Of a DNA stretch of 63,478 bases, positions 40,079 to 50,093 are shown one piece after another. This stretch comes from Anaeromyxobacter sp. (GTDB lineage Bacteria; Myxococcota; Myxococcia; Myxococcales; Anaeromyxobacteraceae). The number at the start of each line of letters is the position of its first letter. Position 1 is the first letter of the stretch. The notes below the pieces were generated by a model that saw only the letters and a list, made by a program, of their open reading frames with translations, was not told the origin of the DNA and ran no database searches. Location of the stretch: contig DATIDF010000350.1 of the NCBI GenBank assembly GCA_035456445.1, positions 1 through 63,478 on the forward strand, written 5' to 3'. Position numbers and translations under genes: made by a program.

Positions 40079-40240
40079 GGGGCCGTGAAACAATCCCCTC
40101 CCGTCGCCGCGGCGGCCGATCCGCGCCGCATCGCTTCGTTGCTCCTCCCTCACATACCGTACGGGTATGCTCGGTCGTCGCGCCTCGCGCTGCTCGCGTC
40201 TCGCCCGCCTGGCTCGGTCCGGGGATTGATTCACGGCCCC
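40079..40240. mobile_element. 162-bp non-coding element with 20-bp imperfect terminal inverted repeats (MITE/REP-like)
   Basis: GGGGCCGTGAAACAATCCCC ... GGGGATTGATTCACGGCCCC (19/20 complementary); central hairpin CATACC-GTACG-GGTATG; two related copies near 32.8 kb. Confidence 0.7.
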
Positions 40241-40265
40241 TCGCCACGAGGAGTAGATTCCCCGC

Positions 40266-41918
40266 GTGGCGCCTCCGGTCCGCATCGTCCCGCTCGGCGG
40301 TCTCGGCGAGATCGGGATGAACTGCATGGCGATCGAGGCGGACGGCCGCATCGCCGTGGTGGACTGCGGGATCCTCTTCCCGAACGAGCCCATCGGCGTG
40401 GACGTGATCGCGCCGGACCTCGGCTGGCTGCGCGAGCGGCGAGAGCGGATCGGCGCGATCTACCTGACGCACGGCCACGAGGACCACGTCGGCGCGCTGC
40501 CGTTCCTGCTCCGCGAGGTGAAGGTGCCGGTGTACGGCACGCGCTTCACGCTCGCCTTGCTCCGCCCGCGGCTCGACGAGGCGGGCGTGGACGCCGACCT
40601 GCGCGAGGTCTCGCCCGGCGACGTCCGCGAGGCGGGCGAGGCGTCGCCGCTCTCGGCCGAGTTCTACGCGGTCACCCACTCCATCCCCGACGCGTGCGGC
40701 CTCGCCTTCTCGACGCCGCAGGGCACGATCGTCCACTCCGGCGACTTCAAGATCGACCCGCGCCCCGTCTCCGGTCCCGGGTTCGATCTCGCCCGCGTCG
40801 AGGCGCTCGGTCGCCGCGGCGTGCGGCTGCTCCTCTCGGACTCGACGAACTCGGAGCGGCCCGGATCCTCGCTCTCCGAGGCCGAGGTCGGGGCCGCGCT
40901 CGAGGAGGCGTTCGAGCGTGCGCCCGGACGTGTCTTCGTCGCCTGCTTCGCCTCCAACATCCATCGCATCCAGCAGGTCGCGAACGCCGCGCGCGCGTTC
41001 GGGCGGCGGCTCGCGCTCCTCGGCCGCGCCATGGAGTCGAACGTCCGGATCGCCCAGGCGCTCGGGTACCTCGACGTGCCCGCGTGGATGCCGGTCGGGT
41101 TCCCGGACGCGCGGGAGCTGCCCCCGAGGGAGGTCTGCGTCCTCACGACCGGCACGCAGGGCGAGCCGCGGAGCGCGCTCGCGCGGCTCGCGCGCGGCGA
41201 GCATCCGGACATGGCCCTCGCGCCCGGCGACCTCGTCATCCTCTCCTCGCGCTTCATCCCCGGCAACGAGGTCGCGGTCGGCGAGGTGGTGAACGCGCTG
41301 TGCCGCCGCGGCGCCCAGGTCGCCTACGAGGGCCTCCGACCGCTGCACGTCTCGGGTCACGCGCAGGAGGCGGAGCAGCGGCGGCTCATCGCGCTCGCGC
41401 GCCCGGAGCTCTTCGTGCCGATCCACGGCGAGTACCGGCACCTCGCCCGGCACGCCGCCCACGCCGCCTCGGAGGGCGTGCGCGGGCGGCACCTGCTCGT
41501 GGACGGGCAGGTGCTCGAGCTCGGCGACTCCGGCGCGACGGTGCTCGACGAGCCCGTGCCCGTCGGACGGGTCTACACCGACCGTGACGCGCTCCTCGGC
41601 CAGGACATCGGCGCGCTCGTCGTGAAGGACCGTCGCCTGCTCGCCGAGGCCGGGCTCTGCATCGCGGTGCTCGTGGTGGACAGGGCGACCGGCGCGGTGA
41701 TACGCGGGCCGGAGCTCTTCGCCCGCGGCGTCGCCGGGTTCGAGGGCGCGGAGGACGAGATCCGGGCGGAGGCGCTGCGCGCGATAGAGGAGCTCACGCC
41801 GCAGGCGCGGCTCGCGGTGGACGAGGTGCAGGAGACGCTCCGCGCCGCGGTCCGCCGCTGGCTGAAGCGCGCGACGGGGAAGCGGCCCACGGTGCTGCCC
41901 GTGGTGCTCGAGCTCTAA
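40266..41918 (+). CDS. rnj: Ribonuclease J
   Basis: PLGGLGEIGMN, LTHGHEDHVG, VTHSIPD, HSGDFK, GTQGEP, HVSGHA and PIHGE motifs. Confidence 0.95.
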   Translation: MAPPVRIVPLGGLGEIGMNCMAIEADGRIAVVDCGILFPNEPIGVDVIAPDLGWLRERRERIGAIYLTHGHEDHVGALPFLLREVKVPVYGTRFTLALLRPRLDEAGVDADLREVSPGDVREAGEASPLSAEFYAVTHSIPDACGLAFSTPQGTIVHSGDFKIDPRPVSGPGFDLARVEALGRRGVRLLLSDSTNSERPGSSLSEAEVGAALEEAFERAPGRVFVACFASNIHRIQQVANAARAFGRRLALLGRAMESNVRIAQALGYLDVPAWMPVGFPDARELPPREVCVLTTGTQGEPRSALARLARGEHPDMALAPGDLVILSSRFIPGNEVAVGEVVNALCRRGAQVAYEGLRPLHVSGHAQEAEQRRLIALARPELFVPIHGEYRHLARHAAHAASEGVRGRHLLVDGQVLELGDSGATVLDEPVPVGRVYTDRDALLGQDIGALVVKDRRLLAEAGLCIAVLVVDRATGAVIRGPELFARGVAGFEGAEDEIRAEALRAIEELTPQARLAVDEVQETLRAAVRRWLKRATGKRPTVLPVVLEL

Positions 41919-41968
41919 GATGAGGCGGCCGCGCCGCGGCGCGGCGGGGGCGAAGGAGAGGAACCGGG

Positions 41969-42457
41969 ATGCCGAGCTTCGACGTGGTCTCCGAGCTGAA
42001 TCTCATGGAGGTGGAGAACGCCTTCAACCAGGCGCGCAAGGAGATCCTCCAGCGGTTCGACTTCAAGGGCACGCACACCGATCTCGAGCGCGACAAGGAC
42101 CAGCACGTCGTCGTGAAGGCGGGGTCGGAGGGGCGCGCCGAGGCGGCGCTGCAGGTGCTCATGGAGAAGCTCGCGAAGCGCGGCGTCCCGCTCGAGGGGC
42201 TCGATCCCCAGAAGATCGAGCCCGCCTCCGGCGGCTCGGTACGTCAGCTCGTGAAGTTGAGGCGTGGCCTCAAGCAGGAGGACGCGAAGAAGATCGTCGC
42301 GCTCATGAAGGAGAGCGGCCTCAAGGTGCAGGCCGCGATCCAGGGCGAGGCCGTGCGGATCACGGGCAAGAAGAAGGACGATCTTCAGGCCGCGATGCAG
42401 GCGATCCGCACGGCGGGGCTGGGGATACCGCTGCAGTTCCAGAACTTCAGGGAGTGA
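41969..42457 (+). CDS. yajQ: YajQ-family cyclic-di-GMP/nucleotide-binding protein
   Basis: MPSFDVVSE, QRFDFKG, KVQAAIQG..VRITGKKKDDLQ and LQFQNFRE motifs. Confidence 0.95.
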   Translation: MPSFDVVSELNLMEVENAFNQARKEILQRFDFKGTHTDLERDKDQHVVVKAGSEGRAEAALQVLMEKLAKRGVPLEGLDPQKIEPASGGSVRQLVKLRRGLKQEDAKKIVALMKESGLKVQAAIQGEAVRITGKKKDDLQAAMQAIRTAGLGIPLQFQNFRE

Positions 42458-42478
42458 GGGCCACTCGGGTGGCCTCAC

Positions 42479-42546
42479 CCGTGAACGCGCCCGAGCCCGC
42501 GCCCGAAGCACCGGGCTCGGACTCGGGCCCGGGCTCGGGCTCGGGG
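42479..42546. repeat. Hexamer-based palindromic repeat (GCCCGM)n...(KCGGGC)n
   Basis: CCGTGAACGCGCCCGAGCCCGCGCCCGA followed by inverted TCGGGC units; related to 59280-59340. Confidence 0.65.
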
Positions 42547-42610
42547 GATGACGACTCCGACAGGGCGCGGATTGTCCCAGGTCACCCCGTCTGTTAGATC
42601 GGGCGCCCCG

Positions 42611-44035
42611 ATGACCACCACCCGCGTCTACCTGCACACGCTCGGCTGCCCGAAGAACAGGGTGGACAGCGAGGTCATGCTCGGCACCCTGGCGGGCGCC
42701 GGCTACCGGCTCGAGCGCGATCCCGCCATGGCGGACGTGATCGTGGTGAACACCTGCGGGTTCATCGAGAGCGCGAAGGAGGAGTCGGTCGACGCGATCG
42801 TCGAGCTCGCCGGGATGAAGCAGGAGGGGCGCTGCAAGAAGCTCGTCGTGACCGGCTGCCTCGTGCAGCGCCACGCCGAGGAGCTCTCGGCCGAGCTGCC
42901 GGAGGTGGACCACTTCCTCGGCACCGGCGCCTACGCCGACATCGCGCGGGTGGTCTCGGACGCGCAGGCGAAGCGGCTCGTCGTGCCCGACCCCGACTTC
43001 GTCCACTCGGCCTCGACCCCGCGCGTGAACTCGCTCGCCTCGCACACCGCGTACCTCAAGATCTCCGAGGGCTGCGACAACGCCTGCGCGTTCTGCATCA
43101 TCCCGAAGCTGCGCGGCGCGCAGCGCTCACGGCCCGTGGACGACGTCGTCGCCGAGGCCGCCGCGCTCGCCGCGCAGGGTACGGTGGAGCTGTCGCTCGT
43201 CGCGCAGGACCTCACCGCCTACGGCTACGACCTGCCCGGGAAGATCCGCCTGCACCACCTCTTGCCCGAGCTCTGCAAGGTCGACGGGATCCGCTGGCTC
43301 CGGCTCCACTACGCGTACCCGCGCGACGTGCCGGACGCGCTCGTCGAGGCCATCGCGCGCGAGCCGAAGATCGTGAAGTACCTCGACATGCCGCTCCAGC
43401 ACTCCTCCGACCGGCTGCTGCGCGCCATGAAGCGCGGCCGCGACTCGGTGTTCCTGCGGGAGCTGCTCGCGAGGCTGCGGGCGAGGGTGCCCGGGATCGC
43501 GCTCCGGACCTCGCTCATCGTCGGGCTGCCCGGCGAGACAGAGGCGGACTTCGAGGATCTCGTCCGCTTCGTCGAGGAGCAGCGCTTCGAGCGGCTCGGA
43601 GTGTTCGAGTTCTCGCCCGAGGACGGCACGCCCGCGGCGGAGATGGAGGGGCAGCTGCCGGACGAGGTGAAGCGCGCGCGGCGCGACCGGATCATGGCGC
43701 TCCAGCAGGAGATCTCGCGCGACCACCAGCAGGCGATGATCGGGCGGCGGCTCGAGGTGCTCGTCGAGGGACGGGCCGAGGAGACCGAGCACCTCCTCGC
43801 CGGCAGGCACGCGCAGCAGGCGCCGGAGATCGACGGGATCACGTACATCAACGACGGCGTCGCCTACCCCGGCGAGATCGCGACCGTCGAGATCACCGAC
43901 GCGTCGGAGTACGACCTCGTCGGCCGCGTGGTGGGGCGCGATCCCGAGCGGGCGCGCCGGCCGCTGCCCGTGACGCCCGCGCCGGGGGCCACGAGCGGGC
44001 CGGCGCGCCGCGGCGGGCTCCCCGTCGTCGGCTGA
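42611..44035 (+). CDS. rimO: Ribosomal protein S12 methylthiotransferase
   Basis: [33 protein letters not shown] and YLDMPLQH motifs; TRAM domain (APEIDG). Confidence 0.95.
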   Translation: MTTTRVYLHTLGCPKNRVDSEVMLGTLAGAGYRLERDPAMADVIVVNTCGFIESAKEESVDAIVELAGMKQEGRCKKLVVTGCLVQRHAEELSAELPEVDHFLGTGAYADIARVVSDAQAKRLVVPDPDFVHSASTPRVNSLASHTAYLKISEGCDNACAFCIIPKLRGAQRSRPVDDVVAEAAALAAQGTVELSLVAQDLTAYGYDLPGKIRLHHLLPELCKVDGIRWLRLHYAYPRDVPDALVEAIAREPKIVKYLDMPLQHSSDRLLRAMKRGRDSVFLRELLARLRARVPGIALRTSLIVGLPGETEADFEDLVRFVEEQRFERLGVFEFSPEDGTPAAEMEGQLPDEVKRARRDRIMALQQEISRDHQQAMIGRRLEVLVEGRAEETEHLLAGRHAQQAPEIDGITYINDGVAYPGEIATVEITDASEYDLVGRVVGRDPERARRPLPVTPAPGATSGPARRGGLPVVG

Positions 44036-44056
44036 GCGACGCGGCGCGAGCCGTGT

Positions 44057-45859
44057 TCACCGTCCGCCGGGCGTGTCGTCCGCGCGGAGCGGGCGCGCGC
44101 GCACCGCCTCGCTGAACGCGTCGGGCCGCCCCCGCGCGACGCAGACCCGATCGGCCCCGATCCAGCCGCAGTCGGCGCCCGCCGCGACCAGGAGCGCGAC
44201 CGCGCTCGGGTGCACCACGTAGATCGTCGCGGGGTCGAGGGCGTGGTCGTCGATCGCGCGGCGCGCGGCCTGGCACGCCTCGATCGCGCGCGCCGGATCG
44301 AGCCGCGCGGTGTACGCCCCATCGAACGTCGCGCCGATCCGGTACGCGACGAGCGCGAGCGGCAAGTAGCCGTCTGGACGGTGCAGGTGCGGCCCGCAGA
44401 GCTGCGGCTCCGGCGCGATGGGATCCCCGCCGGCGACGAGGTACGGGGGAAACATCGAGAGGTGGCGGTAGCTGCCGCGCGCGAGCGCCCACTCCGCCGC
44501 GGGCACGTACGGGGCGGCGGGCGGCTCGAGCGGGACCGGCGGGCGGACGTCGAATGCCTGAGCCACGACCGCAAGCGCGAGCGCGCCGCGCAGCGCGAGC
44601 GCGCGGCCGTGGAGTACGCGCGCGGCGAGCGAGACGCCGCCGAGGAGGAGGAGGTAGTGGAGCGGCCAGACGAAGCGGCCGGAGGAGCGGAACGTGCCGC
44701 CCAGCCAGGGCATGTGCCGGTAGATGCCAACGCGAAGGACGAGGTCACCGGCGAACCGGACGGCGTCGGACAGCGCGAACCCGGCGAGCACGAGCGCGAC
44801 CGCGACGGCGGGCACCACGCGCGCGAGGCGCGGCGCCGGGGCGCGGCGGAGCGCGATGGCGCCGAGCCCCAGGACGAGCAGGAGGAGCGCGCCCGCGCCG
44901 AGGTAGGCGAAGCCCTCGTACTGCCCCGCCCGGACCGGCAGGCCCGACCACAGGCGCGACCAGCCCATCGGGTTCACGAGCGTCGCGAGGTCGGCGGAGA
45001 AGTAGCCGAAGCCGTTCGCGCGCGATCGCACCCCGCCTCCGACGAAGCCGAACAGCAAGAGGCCGGCGCTCGCCGCGGCCGCGAGCCCGGTGAGCCCGCC
45101 CCCGAGGAGCGCCGGGCCGCCGCGCCGCTCGACGAGGACGATGCGCAGGATGAGCGCGGCGGCGAGCGCCGCGGTCATGACGACGAAGTAGGGGTGCACG
45201 CCCGCCGACAGGAAGACGAGCAGCCCCGCGAGCGCGAGCCGCCGGGGAAGGCGCGGCGCGTCGACCGGGGCGAGCGCGAGCCACAGCGCGAGGAGCAGGA
45301 TCCACTGCGCGCACAGGCTCGCGTGCCCCGTCTTCGGGCCGATGAGGCGGTGCAGGAGCGGCGGCGCGAGCACGAACAGGACGCCGCCGAGCGCCTGCGC
45401 GAGTCGGTCCGGGGTGGCGAGCTTCACGAGCTTCGCGCCGACGAACCCCTGGAGCGCGAACGCGAGCACGATCCAGGCGCCCGCGTACTGGAAGTCCTGC
45501 GGGAGGACGGACGCGAGCGGCCGGAGCAGGACCGCGACGAGCGGGAGCGCGTCGCTGAAGCCGAGCGTCGAGCCGATCGGATACGGGTAGAGCGGGTTCG
45601 AGCCGAGCGGCAGCGCTGGCGGCGCGGACCGGTAGAAGAGCCACGCCACGTAGCCCGCCCCCCAGTCGCCGCGCATGAGCCAGCCGACGTTCCGGGGCAC
45701 GGCGATGGCGAGGTCCGCGTGCCAGGCGAGCCACGCGACCCCCGCGACGGCCGCCGCGAGCGCGGGAGCGTGCGCTGCGAGGCGCGTGCGGACCGCGAGA
45801 CGTCGCGCCCCCGCGTCCCCCGCTCCCGCGCGCGGTTCCTCCATGCCGGCGTCGCTCAT
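44057..45859 (-). CDS. Polytopic membrane protein, DUF6311/YfhO-like, probable GT-C glycosyltransferase
   Basis: GDWG..Y..W..Y, YPIGSTLGFSDALP, FQYAGAW, HPYF, QYEGFAYLG and FRSSGRFVWP motifs; more than 10 TMs; start may be 45844. Confidence 0.7.
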   Translation of the reverse strand: MSDAGMEEPRAGAGDAGARRLAVRTRLAAHAPALAAAVAGVAWLAWHADLAIAVPRNVGWLMRGDWGAGYVAWLFYRSAPPALPLGSNPLYPYPIGSTLGFSDALPLVAVLLRPLASVLPQDFQYAGAWIVLAFALQGFVGAKLVKLATPDRLAQALGGVLFVLAPPLLHRLIGPKTGHASLCAQWILLLALWLALAPVDAPRLPRRLALAGLLVFLSAGVHPYFVVMTAALAAALILRIVLVERRGGPALLGGGLTGLAAAASAGLLLFGFVGGGVRSRANGFGYFSADLATLVNPMGWSRLWSGLPVRAGQYEGFAYLGAGALLLLVLGLGAIALRRAPAPRLARVVPAVAVALVLAGFALSDAVRFAGDLVLRVGIYRHMPWLGGTFRSSGRFVWPLHYLLLLGGVSLAARVLHGRALALRGALALAVVAQAFDVRPPVPLEPPAAPYVPAAEWALARGSYRHLSMFPPYLVAGGDPIAPEPQLCGPHLHRPDGYLPLALVAYRIGATFDGAYTARLDPARAIEACQAARRAIDDHALDPATIYVVHPSAVALLVAAGADCGWIGADRVCVARGRPDAFSEAVRARPLRADDTPGGR

Positions 45860-45949
45860 CCGTCGCACGCGCGCCCGAGGATCCGTGCCCCCCACAGCCG
45901 TGTCAATCCACTGGATCGGCGCCAGGGTTCGCGCGAGAGTCGCTCCCGG

Positions 45950-46702
45950 ATGGACCTCGTCGAGCTCGCGCGCGCCCCCGTTCGCCGCCACCCGTGGGAG
46001 GAGGCGAGGGTCGCCTTCTTCCTGCGCGTGCTGCGCGAGGCGGACCTCCTCGCTCCCGGCCTGGCCGTGCTCGACGTGGGCGCGGGCGACGGCTTCATCT
46101 CCCGCCGGCTCGCGAACGCGCTGCCCGCGGACGCGCGGGTGACCTGCTGGGATGCGAACTACACCGATGCGCACCTCGCCTCGGAGGCGTTCGCGCCGGG
46201 CGAGCGGCTCCGCTTCACTCGCGCCGTGCCCGAGGGGACGTTCGGGCTCGCCCTCCTCCTCGACGTGCTCGAGCACGTCGAGGACGACCTCGGGTTCCTG
46301 CGCGAGGTGGTCGTCCCGCGGCTCGCGCCCGGCGCGCACGCGCTCGTCTCGGTGCCGGCGTGGCCGGCGCTCTTCTCGAGCCACGACGTGAAGCTCCGGC
46401 ACCACCGCCGCTACACGACGGGCGCGATGCGCGCCGTCGTGGAGGGCGCCGGGCTCGAGGTGGTCCGCGCCGGCGGCCTCTTCCACGCGCTCCTCCTGCC
46501 ACGCGCGGCGCAGGTCGTGCTCGAGCGCGCGCGCCGCCGTCCGAGCGCGCCGAAGGACCTCGGCGAGTGGAATGCGCCCGCCCCCGTCTCCGCCCTCGTG
46601 AAGGGCGCGCTCGCGCTCGACGCGGGCCTCTCACTCGCCCTCTCGCGCCTGGGGGTCGCGCTCCCGGGGCTGAGCGCCTGGGTCCTATGCCGCAAGGCGT
46701 GA
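45950..46702 (+). CDS. Class I SAM-dependent methyltransferase
   Basis: RHPWEEAR, VLDVGAGDG, LLDVLEHVEDD and VPAWPALFSSHD...HHRRY motifs. Confidence 0.88.
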   Translation: MDLVELARAPVRRHPWEEARVAFFLRVLREADLLAPGLAVLDVGAGDGFISRRLANALPADARVTCWDANYTDAHLASEAFAPGERLRFTRAVPEGTFGLALLLDVLEHVEDDLGFLREVVVPRLAPGAHALVSVPAWPALFSSHDVKLRHHRRYTTGAMRAVVEGAGLEVVRAGGLFHALLLPRAAQVVLERARRRPSAPKDLGEWNAPAPVSALVKGALALDAGLSLALSRLGVALPGLSAWVLCRKA

Positions 46703-47448
46703 CGCTCGTCGTCCCCTGCTACAACGAGGCCGGCCGGCTCGATCGGGCCGAGCTCCTGAGGCTCGCCCGCGCGCGCGACGGCCTGTCGGTCCTGCTCGTG
46801 GACGACGGCTCGACGGACGCGACCGCGGCGGTGCTCGAGGAGCTGCGCCGGGCGGAGCCTTCCCGGATCTCCGTCGTGCGGCTCGCCCGGAACGGCGGGA
46901 AGGCCGAGGCGGTGCGCGAAGGGCTTGGCGCGGCGATGGCGGACGGCGCCGCGATCGTCGGCTACGCCGACGCCGACCTCTCCACGCCCGTGGACGAGCT
47001 CGTGCGGCTCGTGGACGCCGCGGCCGCCTCGCCACGCGACGCGGTCCTCGGCTCGCGCGTGCGGCTCCTCGGGAGGCGCATCGAGCGCCGGGCGCACCGC
47101 CACTACCTCGGCCGCGTGTTCGCGACGTTCGCCTCGCTCGCGCTGCGGCTTCCGGTCTACGACACGCAGTGCGGCGCGAAGCTGTTCCGCGCGACGCCCG
47201 CGCTGGCGGCCGCGCTCGCCTCGCCGTTCCGGACGCGCTGGATCTTCGACGTCGAGCTCCTCGCGCGCCTGCGCACCGGGGGCCCGGGGACGCCGCCGCT
47301 CGACGAGGACGCGATCGAGGAGGTGCCTCTCCGCGCGTGGCGCGACGTGGGCGGCTCGAAGCTCCGGCCCGGGGCGATGCTCCTCGCCGGCGTGCAGCTC
47401 CTCGCGCTCGCGGTGCGGATGCGGCTCGGCTCCGGCGTGCGCCGCTGA
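46687..47448 (+). CDS. GT2 glycosyltransferase (polyprenol-phosphate glycosyltransferase-like)
   Basis: VVPCYNEA, VDDGSTD, NGGKAEAVR, DADLSTP, DTQCGAKLF and WIFDVELL motifs. Confidence 0.9.
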   Translation: MPQGVTLVVPCYNEAGRLDRAELLRLARARDGLSVLLVDDGSTDATAAVLEELRRAEPSRISVVRLARNGGKAEAVREGLGAAMADGAAIVGYADADLSTPVDELVRLVDAAAASPRDAVLGSRVRLLGRRIERRAHRHYLGRVFATFASLALRLPVYDTQCGAKLFRATPALAAALASPFRTRWIFDVELLARLRTGGPGTPPLDEDAIEEVPLRAWRDVGGSKLRPGAMLLAGVQLLALAVRMRLGSGVRR

Positions 47449-47455
47449 CGCGCCG

Positions 47456-48931
47456 CTACCGCCGACGGCCGCCGAACATGGACCCGAGGATCCCGCGCAT
47501 GATCTCGCGGCCGATCTGCGTGCCCGCGGCGCGCATCGCGCTCTGCGCCATCTTCCCGAGCATGTCGCCCGCGCCGCCGAGGGCGCCACCCTGATCGCGC
47601 CGGCCGCGCCCGCCTCCCGCGTCCTCCGCGCGCGTCGTCTCCGGCACGCGCTCGGCGGCCCGCTGCTGCAGCCGCTCGTGCGCGGACTCCCGATCGACGG
47701 TCGTGTCGTAGCGGCCGCGGAGCGGCGAGGCGGCCAGCACCTGCGCGCGCTCCTCCGGCGTGAGCGGCGCGAGCCGGGAGCGCGGCGGGAGGACGAGCGC
47801 ACGCTCGACCGGCGCCGGTGTCCCGCGTGCATCGAGGAACGACACGAGCGCCTCGCCCACGCCGAGCTGGGTGATGGCGGCCTCGACGTCCAGGCCGGGG
47901 TTGGCGCGGAAGGTCTCCGCGGCGGCGCGCACCGCCTTCTGATCGCGCGGCGTGAAGGCGCGCAGCGCGTGCTGCACCCGATTGCCGAGCTGCCCGAGCA
48001 CCGCGTCCGGCACGTCGAGCGGGCTCTGCGTGACGAAGTAGACGCCGACGCCCTTCGAGCGAACGAGCCGCACCACCTGCTCGATCTTGGCGCGCAGCTC
48101 GTCCGGCGCGTCCTCGAACAGGAGGTGCGCCTCGTCGAAGAAGAAGACGAGGCGCGGCTTCTCCGGATCCCCCACCTCCGGCAGCTGCTCGAACAGCTCC
48201 GAGAGGAGCCAGAGGAGGACCGTCGCGTAGAGTTGCGGCGAGCGGACGAGCCGCTCGGCGTGGAGGACCGTCACGAGGCCGCGCCCAGAGAGGTCGGTCC
48301 GGAAGAGATCCTCGAGCGCGAGCGCCGGCTCGCCGAAGAGCCGGTCGGCGCCCTGCGACTCGAGGGCGAGGAGCGCGCGCTGGATCGCGCCGACGCTCGT
48401 CGCCGACACGTTCCCGTACCGGGCGCGCAGCTCCGCGGCGCGCTGCGTGAGGTGCTCGAGGATGGCGCGCAGATCCTTCACGTCGAGGAGGAGCAGCCCG
48501 CTCTCGTCCGCGACGCGGAAGGCCATCTGCAGCACGCCCGCCTGGGTCTCGTTCAGACCGAGCACGCGCGCGAGGAGCAGCGGACCCATCTCGGAGATCG
48601 TGGTGCGAAGCGGGTGGCCTCCCTCGCCGAACACGTCGAGGAACACGACCGGGCAAGCCTCGGGCGTGAGCGTGACGCCCAGCTCGCGGGCCCGCTCGAC
48701 GATCTTCGGGGCGTCGCCGCCCGGACGCGCGAGCCCCGAGAGGTCGCCCTTCACGTCCGCGAGGAACACCGGCACGCCGATGCGGCTGAACCCCTCGGCG
48801 AGCACCCGCAGCGTGACGGTCTTCCCGGTGCCGGTCGCGCCCGCGACGAGGCCGTGGCGGTTCGCGAGCCCCGGGAGGAGGAAGAGCTCCTGCGTGCCCT
48901 TGGCGACGAGGAGCGGAGGGGGAGCGGACAT
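47456..48931 (-). CDS. DUF853 / YjgR HerA-like P-loop ATPase
   Basis: ANRHGLVAGATGTGKT, ADVKGDLSG, FFDEAHLLF, RSKGVGVYFVTQ and QLGNRVQHALRAFTP motifs. Confidence 0.93.
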   Translation of the reverse strand: MSAPPPLLVAKGTQELFLLPGLANRHGLVAGATGTGKTVTLRVLAEGFSRIGVPVFLADVKGDLSGLARPGGDAPKIVERARELGVTLTPEACPVVFLDVFGEGGHPLRTTISEMGPLLLARVLGLNETQAGVLQMAFRVADESGLLLLDVKDLRAILEHLTQRAAELRARYGNVSATSVGAIQRALLALESQGADRLFGEPALALEDLFRTDLSGRGLVTVLHAERLVRSPQLYATVLLWLLSELFEQLPEVGDPEKPRLVFFFDEAHLLFEDAPDELRAKIEQVVRLVRSKGVGVYFVTQSPLDVPDAVLGQLGNRVQHALRAFTPRDQKAVRAAAETFRANPGLDVEAAITQLGVGEALVSFLDARGTPAPVERALVLPPRSRLAPLTPEERAQVLAASPLRGRYDTTVDRESAHERLQQRAAERVPETTRAEDAGGGRGRRDQGGALGGAGDMLGKMAQSAMRAAGTQIGREIMRGILGSMFGGRRR

Positions 48932-48970
48932 GCCCCTAATCTATGCGACGTCCCTCACTCGAGAACAGTC

Positions 48971-49070
48971 AGCGAGCGAAGCGAGCCGCCGGGGCGCCAC
49001 CGCGTTCGCGGCGAAGCCGCCCGCGGTGGCGCACGAGACCCGGCGAGCGGGGCGGGGGCGCAGCCCCCGT
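48971..49070. repeat. REP-like palindromic element
   Basis: GCGAGCGAAGCGAGC, hairpin GCGCCACCGCG...CGCGGTGGCGC, terminal GGGGGCGCAGCCCCC; 20-nt core repeated at 59209. Confidence 0.65.
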
Positions 49071-49077
49071 AAGACGC

Positions 49078-49701
49078 CTAGCGCTCGCCGCTGGGGGGTG
49101 CGATGCGGCGAACGTCCTTGGGCAGCTTCACCTCGAACGCGGCGTCGGAGAGCCCCTGGTTGCGCTTCACCTTCTCGAAGCGGACCTCGTTCACGTTCCC
49201 GGCGCCGTCCACGACCCGCGTGGCGCGCACCTCGCCGTCCCGTCCTACGGCGAGCGCGATCGAGTCGACGCGGGGGTCCTCCTCCTTCGGCCGGAGCACG
49301 AGATCGCCGGCGCCGTCCACGGACAGATCGAACTCGCGGGCGAGCTCGCCCTTGCCGAGGAGGAAGGTCACGGCGGCGCTCATCGCCGTCGCGTCGAAGC
49401 GCTCGTCCACGTAGGCCTGGTTCTCCTCCGGCTCGTACTGCACGAGGCGCGAGCCCTTCACCGCCACGGTCTTCGGCGTGGGCGTCTCGTAGTCCCAGCG
49501 CATCATGCCGGGCTTCTTCACCTTGAGCGTACCCTTCGAGACCTGCCGGCGACCGAACCCGGAGTAGGTGTAGGTCTGCTGGAAGCTGGCCTCGAGATCG
49601 CGGGTGCGCTCGTAGAACGCCTGGACCTTCTGGGCGAGCGCGCCCGCGTCCGCGGGCTGCGGCGCGGCGGCGACGAGGAGGGCGGCGAGGGCGGTGATCA
49701 T
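49078..49701 (-). CDS. lolA: Outer-membrane lipoprotein carrier LolA
   Basis: ASFQQTY, KKPGMMRWDY and QYEPEENQA motifs; signal peptide. Confidence 0.88.
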   Translation of the reverse strand: MITALAALLVAAAPQPADAGALAQKVQAFYERTRDLEASFQQTYTYSGFGRRQVSKGTLKVKKPGMMRWDYETPTPKTVAVKGSRLVQYEPEENQAYVDERFDATAMSAAVTFLLGKGELAREFDLSVDGAGDLVLRPKEEDPRVDSIALAVGRDGEVRATRVVDGAGNVNEVRFEKVKRNQGLSDAAFEVKLPKDVRRIAPPSGER

Positions 49702-49790
49702 GGCGACCTAGATAGCAGACGGACGAAGCGGGGACGGCATTCACGGCGCCTTGACGCGGCGGGCGCCCCAAGCGATCCTCCCCCGCTCCG

Positions 49791-50093
49791 ATGCGCCGCC
49801 TCGTCGCCACGTTCGCCCTCGCCCTGCTCTCCGCCTGCACCGAGCCCTGCCAGGAGCTCGCGAACCGGCTGTGCTCGTGCTCCGGCGGCGGCAGCGCGCG
49901 CGACGCCTGCGAGCGCGGCGCGGGGGACCGGCTCTCCGACGTCGGCGCCGGCGACGCGAAGCAGAAGCAATGCGATGGCTGGCTCGATACCTGCCACGCC
50001 CCCGAGGGTGCGGAGTTCTGCGAGTGGATCGGCACCGCGGACGCCAAGCTCGCCTGCGGGATCGCGGAGCCCGCTCCCGCGACGTCACCTTAG
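49791..50093 (+). CDS. Small Cys-rich lipoprotein
   Basis: Lipobox LSAC plus 8 further Cys in 100 aa. Confidence 0.75.
   Translation: MRRLVATFALALLSACTEPCQELANRLCSCSGGGSARDACERGAGDRLSDVGAGDAKQKQCDGWLDTCHAPEGAEFCEWIGTADAKLACGIAEPAPATSP

Noticed and set aside
40079-40240. 6S RNA interpretation of the rod-like element
   Set aside because: Degenerate copies exist elsewhere in the window, the usual zapA/ygfA/rny context is absent, and no AU-rich central bubble is evident; an Rfam search would settle it
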